From Aplysia californica (taxonomy: Eukaryota), in assembly GCF_000002075.1 (NCBI RefSeq), contig NW_004797318.1:1035737-1099736 (forward strand): a stretch of 64,000 bases of DNA, given 5' to 3'. Every line of letters begins with the position of its first letter. The stretch's first letter is position 1. Both the position numbers and the translations under genes were made by a program. A model generated the notes under the pieces. That model had not been told where the DNA came from, did not search any database, and saw only the letters and a list, made by a program, of their open reading frames with translations. Shown here one piece after another: positions 13,301 to 26,313 of this stretch.

Positions 13301-16300
13301 TTGATTTCCCCGCGATGGATCACAAATGTCTTTTGAGAGGATTTCTCCTGTTTCTGGTTTGTTTTCTGTTAAATATCAGTGTAACAAGTGCTATTATTTT
13401 AGAATAAAGAGTGGCATCTACCTTATTTATATACCAAAGTACCAAATTGGAAGTTGACATTACAAAAACTATCCAGTGCATACAGAGGCTCCTATTATTT
13501 TATTTCTTGATGTTCTGGTAGACAGAAAAGACTAAATTGTATAATCTCCCTTTAAATCTTTGTGCTCATTTCTGATTGTTTTTTGTGTTTTTTTTCTTTT
13601 TATCTTCAGCAACTCCCTGTCATTCAGTCGAGTGTCATCGTCCGATGCCGATCCTGCCGGACGTACATCAACCCTTTTGTTGTGTTTGTAGACCAGAGGA
13701 GGTGGAAGTGCAACTTGTGCTTCAGAGTCAACGATTGTAAGTTTTAGAGGCATACAACTTTCATTTCTTTTTCTAAAGGTTCAAAGTTTAAAAAAAATGT
13801 TTTCTCTAGCTACCTGCTGCTCATTTGTTACTGGTTTATATGTTTAGTGTTGGAGTATGATTGAGGGTAGTGATCGTTAACCTTGTTGGAGGCACTGAGC
13901 CCCGCATTTCATACATGCACTCACTGACCCTTCAAGGAGGCTGAATGGAATGGGACACACACACAAACACACACACACACACACACACACAGTGTATGTA
14001 TCTTGGTCTCTGCCGAACCCTCAGGCCGACCCAGCGAACTCGTAGGGTTCGATTGAACCCAGGTTAAGAGCCACTAATTTAAACGTGTCTCACCAAAATG
14101 AAAGATTTTTTGTAGAGGTGGATGTTATCTTCTTGCCAAAATTGTTCACTCATACCTTCCATTTGATGTTCAAGAATGAGAAAGACTGACAATGTTGAGA
14201 TAAGCCCGCCGCTTTTGGGGTCATCATTTTATAGACAGCCAAAGATATTGTCAGTATGTTGTGTGTTTTTAGCACCTTTTAAATGACAAATTGCACGGTA
14301 TACTAACTAGGAAGTTGAGATTGTTTCAGAATGTTATCAGGTCTGTGAGGGTAATAATACAGATTGTAAAGGGCATAGAACTTGTTGAGGGGGAATTTTC
14401 ACTAACAAATGCTATTTATTATTATTATGAGTATACTTGTTATGTGAAAACTGACTTAATGACAGTGCACATTTAATTCAGGATTTGAATAAACCTTTTC
14501 TTTTTGTGTTACTCAGTGCCAGATGAGTTCTCCTTTGATCCTGTCAGTAAAACGTATGGGGACCCTCAACGTAGGCCAGAAGTGAAATCAGCAACGATTG
14601 AATTCATTGCACCATCGGAGTACATGGTAAGTCCCTTGCGATTGTTATAAGGTTGTGGGTATGTTGTCAATGACATCATAATCACGGTCATCTTTGTAAA
14701 GGAAATTTCTAGAGACAGTGTGTTCATCATTATGCATTTTATCTTATCGAATGAGGTACTTTTATAAATCAGATGGTTCCATTCAATATGGAGTTAAACC
14801 TGTACAAGATGGCCACCTATTATAGAGGAGGAAAGTGGTAATCTTATACAGGTTGTCCTCTTGGACAGTGTCATTATAATATAGAAAAAATGCAAGGTTT
14901 GAAGTGGTCATTTGTATAGGTGATTGTCTTGGACAGAGGGGCCATTGGAAAAAGTTCAAATGTATTGATATAGGGAGGGCAACTACAAATAATATTGAAT
15001 AGATTTAAGTTGAGTGGTCAATGGTTAATTCAAAAAGTAATCTTTTTCAGCTAGGCAGCATGCATATACAGTTCTCTGTAGATGCAGTTACATTTTTGGA
15101 TTTTTTTTGGTGTGGGGGGCAGGCATTTTTAATTGATTGAATAGTTGTTTCTTTTCTATTCTTCACTATTTCACTGGAAAGATTTTTCCTGTATGATTGA
15201 GTATGTGAAAAAACCCCCCCTCTGCCTGGCACTTATTAGGTTCCTGAAGAGAGGTTTTTCTTGAAGACAAAATTCTTCTCGTATTAAGGAGTCGTTCTGA
15301 TTCCTGTAGATTTGATAGTGAGGGAGGATTATTGTAATTCAAATTGATTAAGAGCCTGCTGCGCCCCCCCCCCCCCCCACACACACACACAACCTTTTTA
15401 ACACCTGCATCATAGGTTAAACAAACTGCAGTTATTTAATTTACATATTTAGGATTGCTGACTGGCATGTGTATGTATTTATTCTATAACTGATTGTTAC
15501 TTTTATTGTCTCCCCCAGTTACGCCCTCCCCAGCCAGCTGTGTATCTCTTTCTCTTGGACGTGTCTTTCAATGCTGTGGAAACAGGTGTGTGCATTTTTT
15601 GGTTCAGTTGAATAAGTTAACGTTGAAATAATGGAATGCTTTTAACTCGCTGCCTACTGCTTTTGCCACAGTCCCTGCAGTTTCAGAGTGAGAATTTATT
15701 TTATCACATTATTGCCACAGCTATATTTGTGCCTCTGTGCTATGTCACAGTAATATTTAAAGATACGTAATGAAATAATAGGCTCTCAGGGAAGAGCAGT
15801 GAGAAATATGGTGGGGAGGCAGTGAGTTAAAGCTGATTTAACTCATGCCAATTTCATCTCTGCATGCTCTTATTGTGCCAGGAAATGGTTGCTGACTTCT
15901 TTGTTCAACTTAAGTGGTTTAAATGCTTGCTAGAAAATGTTTTTAGAGAAAAAAAATTAACGGATAATGCTTATGATAGTATGTCAATGGGAAGAGTAGA
16001 TTTGTTTATGAGCTCTAAGTTTTCCCATACATGTTCATAGCTGCCAAGTAGTACGTAAAAAACGTATTTAGTACGATTTTTGGGTTTGAGTACGGAAATC
16101 CGTTTTGACATCGGAAAATACGTTTTCAACTTTTCCCCCCTCTTAGTTTCTATACAAACTGGCTTCAAGCAAGAAAAATTAGAAAATTTATGACCGGATA
16201 GGCGAAGTACGGGAGTCAACAAGACGACGAGAGTAGTGTCCCTGCAATTAAACTGGAAGTCCACCTCCTTCCGCGAGTTGTGCCCCTTCTATATTTCTTT

Positions 16301-19300
16301 GTTATTAATGTTATTGAGCATGCGCTATTTAATAGCGGGAAGTAACCTACGGAGACCTGCCACTCATCCCGATTTAATTTTTTTTTGCCCCAAATCTCAA
16401 GCATCCCGATTTTCCCGATTTTGAACGCCAGTATCCTGATTTTTTTTGTCGTTGCGTCTGTTGCGTCCGATTCTTTGAAAAAAATATAAAAAGTTCTGCA
16501 AAGAGCTTGGAAGCACCGATTGGACTTGTTATCGGCTGGAACTTGGAACGCTATTTTCTAAAGCATCTATGCCGAATCTAGTAGTTGACTCACGCTCGTT
16601 ATTTCAACTAAAATCGACGTAGTATCAATTTTGAATTCCCACTTAAATACGCTCAAGATCTACTTTCGCTGACCTCGTACGTGTGGTGAGCAGTTCAGAG
16701 TAGCGCGTGTGTCGGGGACCGTCGGTTGTCGGGGTCAACAAAGTTCATTCACACCGGTCGCAATGATCGAGGTGTTTTCCGGGACTTAACCAGTGTGGAC
16801 GGTGGATGACCTGGGGGGGGGTATTTTTTGACATTTGGGCGTAAAGTGCGTGCCGTGATACAGACTAATTGAAGGGAAAGGAAGAAAAAAATAAATGAAC
16901 GACCTTGGCGCGATCTCTTTTCCGGGGGGGGGGGGGGAGTACCTTGAGTGTATATGCGATGGAAGTCAAACGTTGTTACTGTATGAAAACGCAGACTTTT
17001 TTCTTTGATGATTGGAGTTATGTGTCAGCTATTTTCAAGACTACGAGAGTTTCAGCTTTAGTGCTACCTGCGCTCCCCCAGTCTATCCAACTCCGATTCA
17101 AGTAACATAATTATAATAATGCTGTCTTTCAGTTTTCAAAAAGCTTTGTCTTGCATACTCGCCTCATAAAGAACCGGGACCACCCCCACCCCCTTTTCCC
17201 CAGTGCCCCTTATGACTTATTTGCCGTTGATTCCGATTTTTTTCACTAGATCTAGACTCTAGATCCTGATTTTTTAAAACTTTAAAATCCTGATTTTTAG
17301 ATTTCATAGAGTGGCAGGTCTGCCTACGGGCCTTGTGTTTCTCATTCATTCACATCGGGTCACAGGTCATCGTGTGTGTGTTGCGGGCAGCCTTTGTGAT
17401 GAATGCACGCAGGAGCTAAAACTATTTCTTTGATCACGGACGCGCGTTGTGCTTTCAAGTGATGGATGCGTTTTTAAAACCAACCAGTTCTAGCCTAAGG
17501 CAAAACCTTGCAAACACACCTTCTGTGCCAAGTATTCAGAGGAATTCAACTTCATCACTGCTTTGAAATTACCAAACAAACATGTTTTCTACAAACAAGG
17601 TGTTCCGACGTCCTCAATGACAACGGTCCGTCAAGTGGTGTTAACATAGGAGAATTTGTAGTGACAGAATTAGAAACCTTAGGTGTTCCCTTTATGCACT
17701 GCATCTCTTTGAGTTCAGACAATGCTTCAGTGATGATAGGACAAAACAATGGAGTTATAACAAAGCTTAGGGAATCCCAGCCAGACATCTTTGCCATTGG
17801 ATGCCCCTGCCATCTTATCAATCTGGCTGCACAGCATGCTTGTGTCTGTGGTGTGCTTATCATTTGAGTACAAGTTGTCTTTTGGTATCTTTTTGACGTA
17901 AGAACTGGTCTCTTTCGCCGACTGCGCGATGAAAATCGTGTTTTTTAATTTTGAAAACTTGGCAGCTATGTATTATGTTGACCATATTAGATACACATGT
18001 CCAGCCTCAGTGTTGCCAAAAGCAAAGGAATTTCCAGCTCTTTAGTATTGGTTATTTATTATATCTCTAGGTGTGGTTGTTTTTTTGAGAATTAGTCGAA
18101 ATTGTCCAAGACGACTACCCATTGTGAATGAGAAGAGCAATTTTCTTAAAACAGGTGGACGTCTTGAAAATTGTTATTGCAATAAAAATAAAACGCAAGG
18201 GAGGTAGTGGCAAGTCATGGCATGTACAGTTGACTGCCTTTGACAAGTTGCTGTAAGAGAAGGTTTGACTGTTCTTTTGGTTTTAATATTGTTTCTTTGC
18301 TTCGGTTGTAGGTTATTTATCCCAGTTTTGCCAAATTCTGTTGGATGAACTGGATAAACTGCCGGGAGATGCCAGGACAACTGTTGGATTCGTGTGCTAC
18401 GACCGGGCGCTGTATTATTTCAACCTGGCAGAAGGATTATCACAACCTCAAATGTTGTGTGTGCCTGACTTGGAAGGTAATTTTTTTTGTGTGTGTGTGA
18501 AGTTGTGTGCAGGCTAAAGTACATGTGTTTGTTGGAAACATATTGTCGCCTGGGTACAACAACCCTGTAACCCGCACTATGGAGAAAAACCACTTGTTTC
18601 TCTCTTCTTCTTTTTTTTTCGACCAAATGTAACGCCGTTGATTTTGTGTTAAATTTTTAGACATGTAGCTCAATAAATATCACCTGTGCAACATTCCAAC
18701 TTTAATAGTTTTTAGAGGAATTTGACAAAGTTTTTTCCTTCTATAAAATGTTGTTTTTGTGAGATACAGGGTTGTTGTACTGTGGCGATGATATGTGTTT
18801 CTGTTCTCTTTTTGTTTCAGAATGGAAGTGTTTGTAGTTTTTATGTATGTGTGTCTGTGGGTATAGGTTAGCATTTGTTTGCTGAAAACGTGTTTTTGCC
18901 GTGTTTATTACGGAGAGGGAATATTTGTTTTCCACATGAGAACTCTTGTTTCTTTTGCAAGGATCATAATATTGTCAACAAAATAGTCTGGTCCTGTGGA
19001 ATACTCAAAAAGTCAAATTACAGCACTCACTGAATGTGATAGTTTTTTCTTTAGGCTTGGTGCCATATTTTGTTCTTTTTCTCTTTAATGTGCATTGTTT
19101 TTGTATATGAGCACACATATCAATGTCTGTTGCCCTTCTTGTACTGAAAGACATAGTGAGATTGAATTAATGAATGGGTGTTGTATGCGTGAAACTAATT
19201 CATTTGTCACTGATTGAATATGGGGGGGGGNNNNNNNNNNNNNNNNNNNNNNNNNNNNNNNNNNNNNNNNNNNNNNNNNNNNNNNNNNNNNNNNNNNNNN

Positions 19301-22300
19301 NNNNNNNNNNNNNNNNNNNNNNNNNNNNNNNNNNNNNNNNNNNNNNNNNNNNNNNNNNNNNNNNNNNNNNNNNNNNNNNNNNNNNNNNNNNNNNNNNNNN
19401 NNNNNNNNNNNNNNNNNNNNNNNNNNNNNNNNNNNNNNNNNNNNNNNNNNNNNNNNNNNNNNNNNNNNNNNNNNNNNNNNNNNNNNNNNNNNNNNNNNNN
19501 NNNNNNNNNNNNNNNNNNNNNNNNNNNNNNNNNNNNNNNNNNNNNNNNNNNNNNNNNNNNNNNNNNNNNNNNNNNNNNNNNNNNNNNNNNNNNNNNNNNN
19601 NNNNNNNNNNNNNNNNNNNNNNNNNNNNNNNNNNNNNNNNNNNNNNNNNNNNNNNNNNNNNNNNNNNNNNNNNNNNNNNNNNNNNNNNNNNNNNNNNNNN
19701 NNNNNNNNNNNNNNNNNNNNNNNNNNNNNNNNNNNNNNNNNNNNNNNNNNNNNNNNNNNNNNNNNNNNNNNNNNNNNNNNNNNNNNNNNNNNNNNNNNNN
19801 NNNNNNNNNNNNNNNNNNNNNNNNNNNNNNNNNNNNNNNNNNNNNNNNNNNNNNNNNNNNNNNNNNNNNNNNNNNNNNNNNNNNNNNNNNNNNNNNNNNN
19901 NNNNNNNNNNNNNNNNNNNNNNNNNNNNNNNNNNNNNNNNNNNNNNNNNNNNNNNNNNNNNNNNNNNNNNNNNNNNNNNNNNNNNNNNNNNNNNNNNNNN
20001 NNNNNNNNNNNNNNNNNNNNNNNNNNNNNNNNNNNNNNNNNNNNNNNNNNNNNNNCTTTTTGGGGTTGCTAAGTTGCAACACACACACACTCACTCATAC
20101 ACTCACACACACACACACACTCACATGTACAAAAGATAAAAAGAAAGAAAGCACCAAAAGCCTTTTGGGTTCCAGGCCACCCCAGGCCAGTGCTTTGTTT
20201 TGTATACCGTAATTACGGTAATGACTTTTTCAGTTTGTTGTTTTGTTTTTGTTTGTAAAGTCAGAATGACACTGTTGTAGCTAAAATATGTTTATGAAAA
20301 GGAAAGGGTTGTTGTTAAATTTTTAGGAGATTACATATTATGGGATTTTTTTAGAGCACATCCGAGTCGAGAAATAATGGGAAACCATGATTTGGTATGT
20401 CTGGTTCAGATCTGGCACTGCAGGTGGATGGAGGGTGCCACTGGTAGGTCCTGCTTCTTCACTTTCCCTCTGTTATTTCTGTATGTCTGTCTTACCTTTT
20501 CCCCAGCACTAGAAAGATTACCATTATTGTGTTGATGTGCTTCTCTTCACTCAAACAAACAAACAAACAAAACTAAGATCTAACACTTTATGATGATGAA
20601 CATAATATTTAAACAATGTTTTCCCCCCCCCAGAGTTCTACAGGTGGGAGAGTCACAGTTATGCAGACTTGCCTTCCTACGGTGGGACCTGGTGCTTTAC
20701 AAAACAGAGATTCTGGCAATACCTCTGGCAAAGTAAGAATCTTTTTTTTTTTTTCCAATGTTGGTCATCATATAAATTTTCAAATTTTTTCTCATACTGG
20801 TTTTCAATGTCCTCTCTTGGGTTTTAGCGTTCCTTATTCATTTTCTTAGCCCTTAAAGGGTATAGTTCTTTTGCTGCTTTGGCTTCGATGCATATGCACC
20901 TTTTTTACTTTGTAGAATATTTAGAGCAGAAATGTGAAAGATTGTCTGTCGTAGTGAATAAGTTGTTCTATCAGCATGATGAAGATGCACGAGTTATTAG
21001 TGAAGACTTTGTTCTAAACTGTTTTGATTGACTAAATAAGTCATACTTTTGTTAACTGGTGTATCTCGAATTTGTTTTTGACATAATTTTGTTGTGTTTT
21101 GGTATGTATATAAACGGTTGTTAATATATCTTTTTGTTTTCTTCCTCCAGAATGTGACAAATATAGGGCCTGCCACAGATTTTTACAAGAAGTTATCCCT
21201 GGATTGCTCAGCTCAGCAGATTGCAGTAGATCTCTTCATGCTCAATGGCCAGTATGCAGACATTGCCACACTGTGTAAGGGATCCATTTTGTTTTGTTTT
21301 CTTGTTTTTTTTCCAAGCTGCCATTTAGTAAACTGGGGAATTGTCCCTGTGGGAGTTAATTTTGTACGGTAAAGTGGAGAGCAAGGTGCCATGCTATTAA
21401 TCCCTCTGCCTCCTTGGGTAAAATCTAGGTGCCCTACTATTAAGCCTATTGTCTGCCTCCTGAAGGGGAAAAAAAGAAATAGTAATTTTTATATGAAGAA
21501 AGGCATTTGTAATAAATGATATGGAAGGGAGGGAAACAGAAATGTTTGTGTTCATTTTTTTTTCTCTTTCTTTGTTTAGATCGTTTTCTTTTACTCTCCA
21601 GCCTGTATATCCAAGTATTCAGCAGGATGCATTTACCATTTCCCATCATTTCACACCGTGAAGAACCCCAGCCAGGTGGATAAGTTTGAAAATGACCTGC
21701 GCCGTTATTTGACAAGAAAGATTGGCTTCGAGTCGGTGATGAGGATCAGGTGCACGAGAGGTTAGTTTGCTTCTTCGCTCTGATAAGTAATGGTTTACGG
21801 TTGAGCCTGTCTGAGATGGCCAGGCACTGTGGAGGAGAAAAGTAGTCACCTTTGACAGGTGGTCCTCTTGGGCTGTTTCATTAAAATAGACCAAAAAAAA
21901 GAAAAAGCAAGGGTGGAAGAGTGGTTGTTTGGACAGGTGATTGTCTTGGACAGGTGTTCACTAGAGTAAGTTTGACAATTTTGTTTTGGTTCTTGCTCAG
22001 CCCCCATACGGTTCAATGGGATGATTGTATTTTTGGTCATAAGCCATAAGTAAATTGTTTTGAATGTATGTTGTACAAAGATATGCTGCTATTGTAACAG
22101 TGCATGGTTTCAAAACTCATAATCATAATGACGGAATGTTTTATAGTATTTTAATGTCAGGTTGCCATTATTTCCATATTCATATAACTGGATCGTTAAC
22201 ATCATCCATATTAATGTTTTAAAATCTGATCACAAGGGTATTTTCCTGTCCATATCGATATGTTTCTAATGTATGAGATTTAGGGTTTCCTTTCAACTTG

Positions 22301-25300
22301 ATGTTTTTTCACTGTACAGGCCTGAGCATCCACACCTTCCACGGCAACTTCTTTGTGCGGTCGACGGACTTGCTGTCGCTGCCCAACATCAACCCAGACG
22401 CTGGCTTTGGCATGCAGATGTCCATAGAGGACAACCTGAACGAGTCCCCCACCGTCAGCTTCCAGGCAGCTCTGTTGTACACCTCAAGCAAAGGTACCGG
22501 GGATTGTTTGTGTGTGTGTGTGAAACAAGATTAAGGTCTTGTGAAGTCTGTTGAGTTTTTTGTAGTGAAAAAGATAAGGTGAGAAAATTATTTGATGGAC
22601 AGGATTTTTTTTGGGGGGGGTTGTTTTGTTGTGTGTTTGTGTGTGTGGTTTGTCTGCTGTAAAAAAAATGTAAGTGGTTGGATGATGGGTGTTTTCGTGG
22701 AGGTCTTCTCCTTCTGCTTCATTTGAGTGTTTCCATAGTCCCTAAGTATTGATCATGAACTGTGACAGTTGATATGGCAACTTAACTGCACTGTGCACAA
22801 CACAAAGAAAACCTAGAAACAGCCCTATCATATATGTGATATGAAGTGCCCCCTTATCTTTAAAGCAGAGAAAATGTTAATGATCCTACAAATGATGCTT
22901 TTTTGATGATTTTTCCTCCCGCCAAAATTGTTTCCCTGGAGAGCACGATGTCAGTCACTCGATATTACTGGCGTTTTTCCTTGTTTCAGGAGAGCGGCGA
23001 ATTCGAGTCCACACTCTTTGCGTCCCTGTCACAAACCAGATCGGGGAAGTGTTTGCTACAGCAGATCAGCAGGCTGTGGCGGCTTTGTTGGCCAAGATGG
23101 GTAAGTTGACAGCTTCCAAGTACAGGAAATTGATTTCTGTCGGAATGTGTTGTGATAGTTGAATTGTTTTTTGTTTGATTGCATCATGAGAATTCAGTAT
23201 TCTAGTCTTGGATATATATTTTGTTACCTGTGTTCATAGGGAATGGATTTGTTAATTTGTACTAGCCACATTTAATATCGTGTGTTCTTTATAGGTGGTC
23301 AGTGCGGCAATATCTCATTTATAATATTTGTCTTTTTTTTTCTTCTTCTTTTGTTTTAAAGAATTTGTCTGCCTTATTCTGGAGGAAATATTGTGCAATG
23401 CTTTACAAAAGGTAACCCTTTCATCATCAGATGTTAGTATCTTAACTTTCATTTCAGTTTTTTGTTTTTGTTTTTTTGGCAGTGATTGGTATTATTATGA
23501 CTTTGTGTTGTAAGGTCTGATTCCCTACCGTCAGCAATGTCTACCCATCTGCAGGGGAAAAAGAAGATTCATTGAAGATACTATTCTGTGTGTTAAAAAC
23601 GTGCCAGAGGGCTTAAATTAATGGTTTTATTTTCTCTCGCTGGCAGCTGTGGACAGGTCTCTCAACTCTGCAATCAGCGACGCCCGCGATGCCATGATCA
23701 ACGCACCAGTAGACACTTTGTCAGCCTACGCCCAGCAGGTCCCGGCCTCCCAGCGCGTGGGTGCCCTGTTAGCCCCGCACTCGCTGCGCCTCCTGCCCAT
23801 GTATATGCTGGCCATGCTCAAGAGTGTAAGTTATTGTTATTTTTAGATTTATACGGAACTTGCAGCACAATTAGGTCATATAAATAAATGCCGAATATAT
23901 TGCAAGAAAGTAACAAGCACATAAAAGGAGGGATAAGGGTGTGGGTGCCTTCTAAGGTCCATACTCACAGCGCCTCCTGCCCTTGTATATGCTGGCCATG
24001 TTCAAGAGTGTAAGTAGTCGAGTTTTTAAAAAAAATTTGTTTATTTATAAAGATTTTTGTTGTAGTAAGAGTTTTCACAGAACTTGTAACAAAATTAGGT
24101 CGTATATAAATGCTGAATATGATTTTAGCTCTCTTAGCAGGAAAATGACTTCATGTTGGATGGATGTAGATTTGTGCAACAGCAGCTCTCCATAGGTGTT
24201 AACAGAGCAACTTACACATGGGCGTCTGCCTCTTTATAGTCAGAGGTGAAATTGTAGATTTGGGGTGCTCAGGATTTGTACTACAATATGTTGATTGCTT
24301 ATTGTTAACTCTTTAAACCCTGTTTTTTTCACCGTTTCCCGGAGTTTTTTCTACAGTCACATAAACCTAGTGCTCTCTGTCGCATTACAACCCAAAAGTT
24401 TGCCTCAAACTTCTAAATGGCGAAAACAAATGCTTAGTCATTACTAAAAGACTTAGTTTGGGAATAGTTCAGAAAAACAAGCAAAAACTATCTCTAAATA
24501 AAATGAAAATGTTGTCACTAGTATCGGACCGATAAGGAGCAGGGTTATTACTGCCGGACGTTCCCAGCGTCCGATGGGGTTTATAGAGTTAAGACTCCAC
24601 CATATGCCAATTTTGAAAGGTGATGTTTGACGGAGTCTTACACAGAGCTGTCGATTTGTTTCTTGTTTTAATGAGTTGTTATTGTATGAATGTTTTCTAT
24701 TCTCCCTGTGCAGATTGCCTTCAGCTTATCCTCCAGTACCAAGACCGACGACCGTGTGTTTGCCATGCAGCAGTGTAAGGTGCAGCCGCTGTGCTACCTC
24801 ATGCAGAGCCTCTACCCTCACCTTTACCCACTCCACAGAATCAGTAGTGAGGTCAGTTGGCTTTACTTTACTTTATCCGTCCTCTTGTACCTCTAGGGCG
24901 TCGAGGGGAGAAAGAGCCTCCTGTCTCTATCAAGTTTGATGGCTTGGCTGGGTGGGGTATTGTATGTTATCAGGGTATCCTGGATCTAGGTCTTTCTTTG
25001 TCTTCCTCTTGCCTTGTACTCTGATACTTACCTGTAGTAGGCTTTACCGGCAAGCTGGTTAGGTGCCTTACGTGTGACATTTCTAAACCATCTGATTGTT
25101 TGCCTTAGAATGTAGTGGAGGACAGGTGTTGCTCCAACCATTTCTCTGATCTTGTTGTTTCTGACCATGTCCCGTCTGGTTTTGTTCGTGGCTCTCCTTA
25201 GACATCTCATCTCGCAAGTGGTTATCTTACGTTCCAGACTTTTGGTAAGGGTCCATGTCTGGCACTGGCAGGTCAAGTGGAGATGAAGATAGAGTTGATG

Positions 25301-26282
25301 GCTTGGTTTTGGTCTCAATGGCATTGATAGGATGTTTGAAGAGTGGGGCAAGCTGGTAGCTGACGCTGTCAGTTGGCTCAGGGAATAAACTATTAATGTT
25401 GCAAGAGGCCCAATAATTTGAGAAAATTGCCTATAAAAAGGCTTAGGAAAGCTCCTACACCAGGACTTTATGAGATCTTTTTTATAGATTTTAGTCAGTG
25501 TTTTATGTAGCATGTGACTTGTTATTACTGTATGTTCCCTGAATACATTTCCCTCAAGCGTTTTTGACAAAACACTGGAAGGACCTTGTATTTTATGTGT
25601 ACGCATATCTGTGTTGATGAACTTTTTATGAGATTGCTGCCAGAACGTATTTGTCAGCGGACGTCATTCCACAATCACTCATAACAATTTCTTGGGGTTT
25701 CCAGATTAAACCACTATTCAAATAAAGACATCAGTGAGCATATATATTTTTTGTTCTGTTTCATAATTTCCTTCCTAGTTTTCAATTGAAAGATAATGGG
25801 TGATTAAATCACAGTTCTGATTTAGGCGCTCTCTTTCTCTTTAATTTTCCCAAAACTTCCAAATAACTAAGGCGATTGTTGAATGATGCTTTTGAGATAT
25901 CTAGGCGATTTTGGACGTTCATATATTTTTTCTTCCTTTTTCAGACCCCACTAAAGAGAGGGAAGGAGGAGATTCCGGCTACTCCCCAGCTTCAGTTGTC
26001 GTCTGCGAATATTGACCGGACTGGCCTGTTTCTGATGGACACGGGAGATGCCATGTACCTCCTGGTGGGCAGTGGCGTTGGGGACCAGATGTGCCAAGAC
26101 GTGTTTGAAAAACCAAATTTCATGTCAATCCCAGATGGCATGGTGAGTAAAATATAGCACACAAATAATTTAATTTGATAACAGAGCATTGGTATAATGT
26201 TACTTGTTTTACATTATTTTGTACTTTCGCAGACCCTGGTAAGCTACTTTTATTTTTAATCCTGCCTCTTTGAGAAGCTGAT

Positions 26283-26313
<31 letters not shown>

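Noticed and set aside
19174-20212. Long ORFs spanning N runs
   Set aside because: Gap artefacts; also at 1036-1301 and 36753-37228
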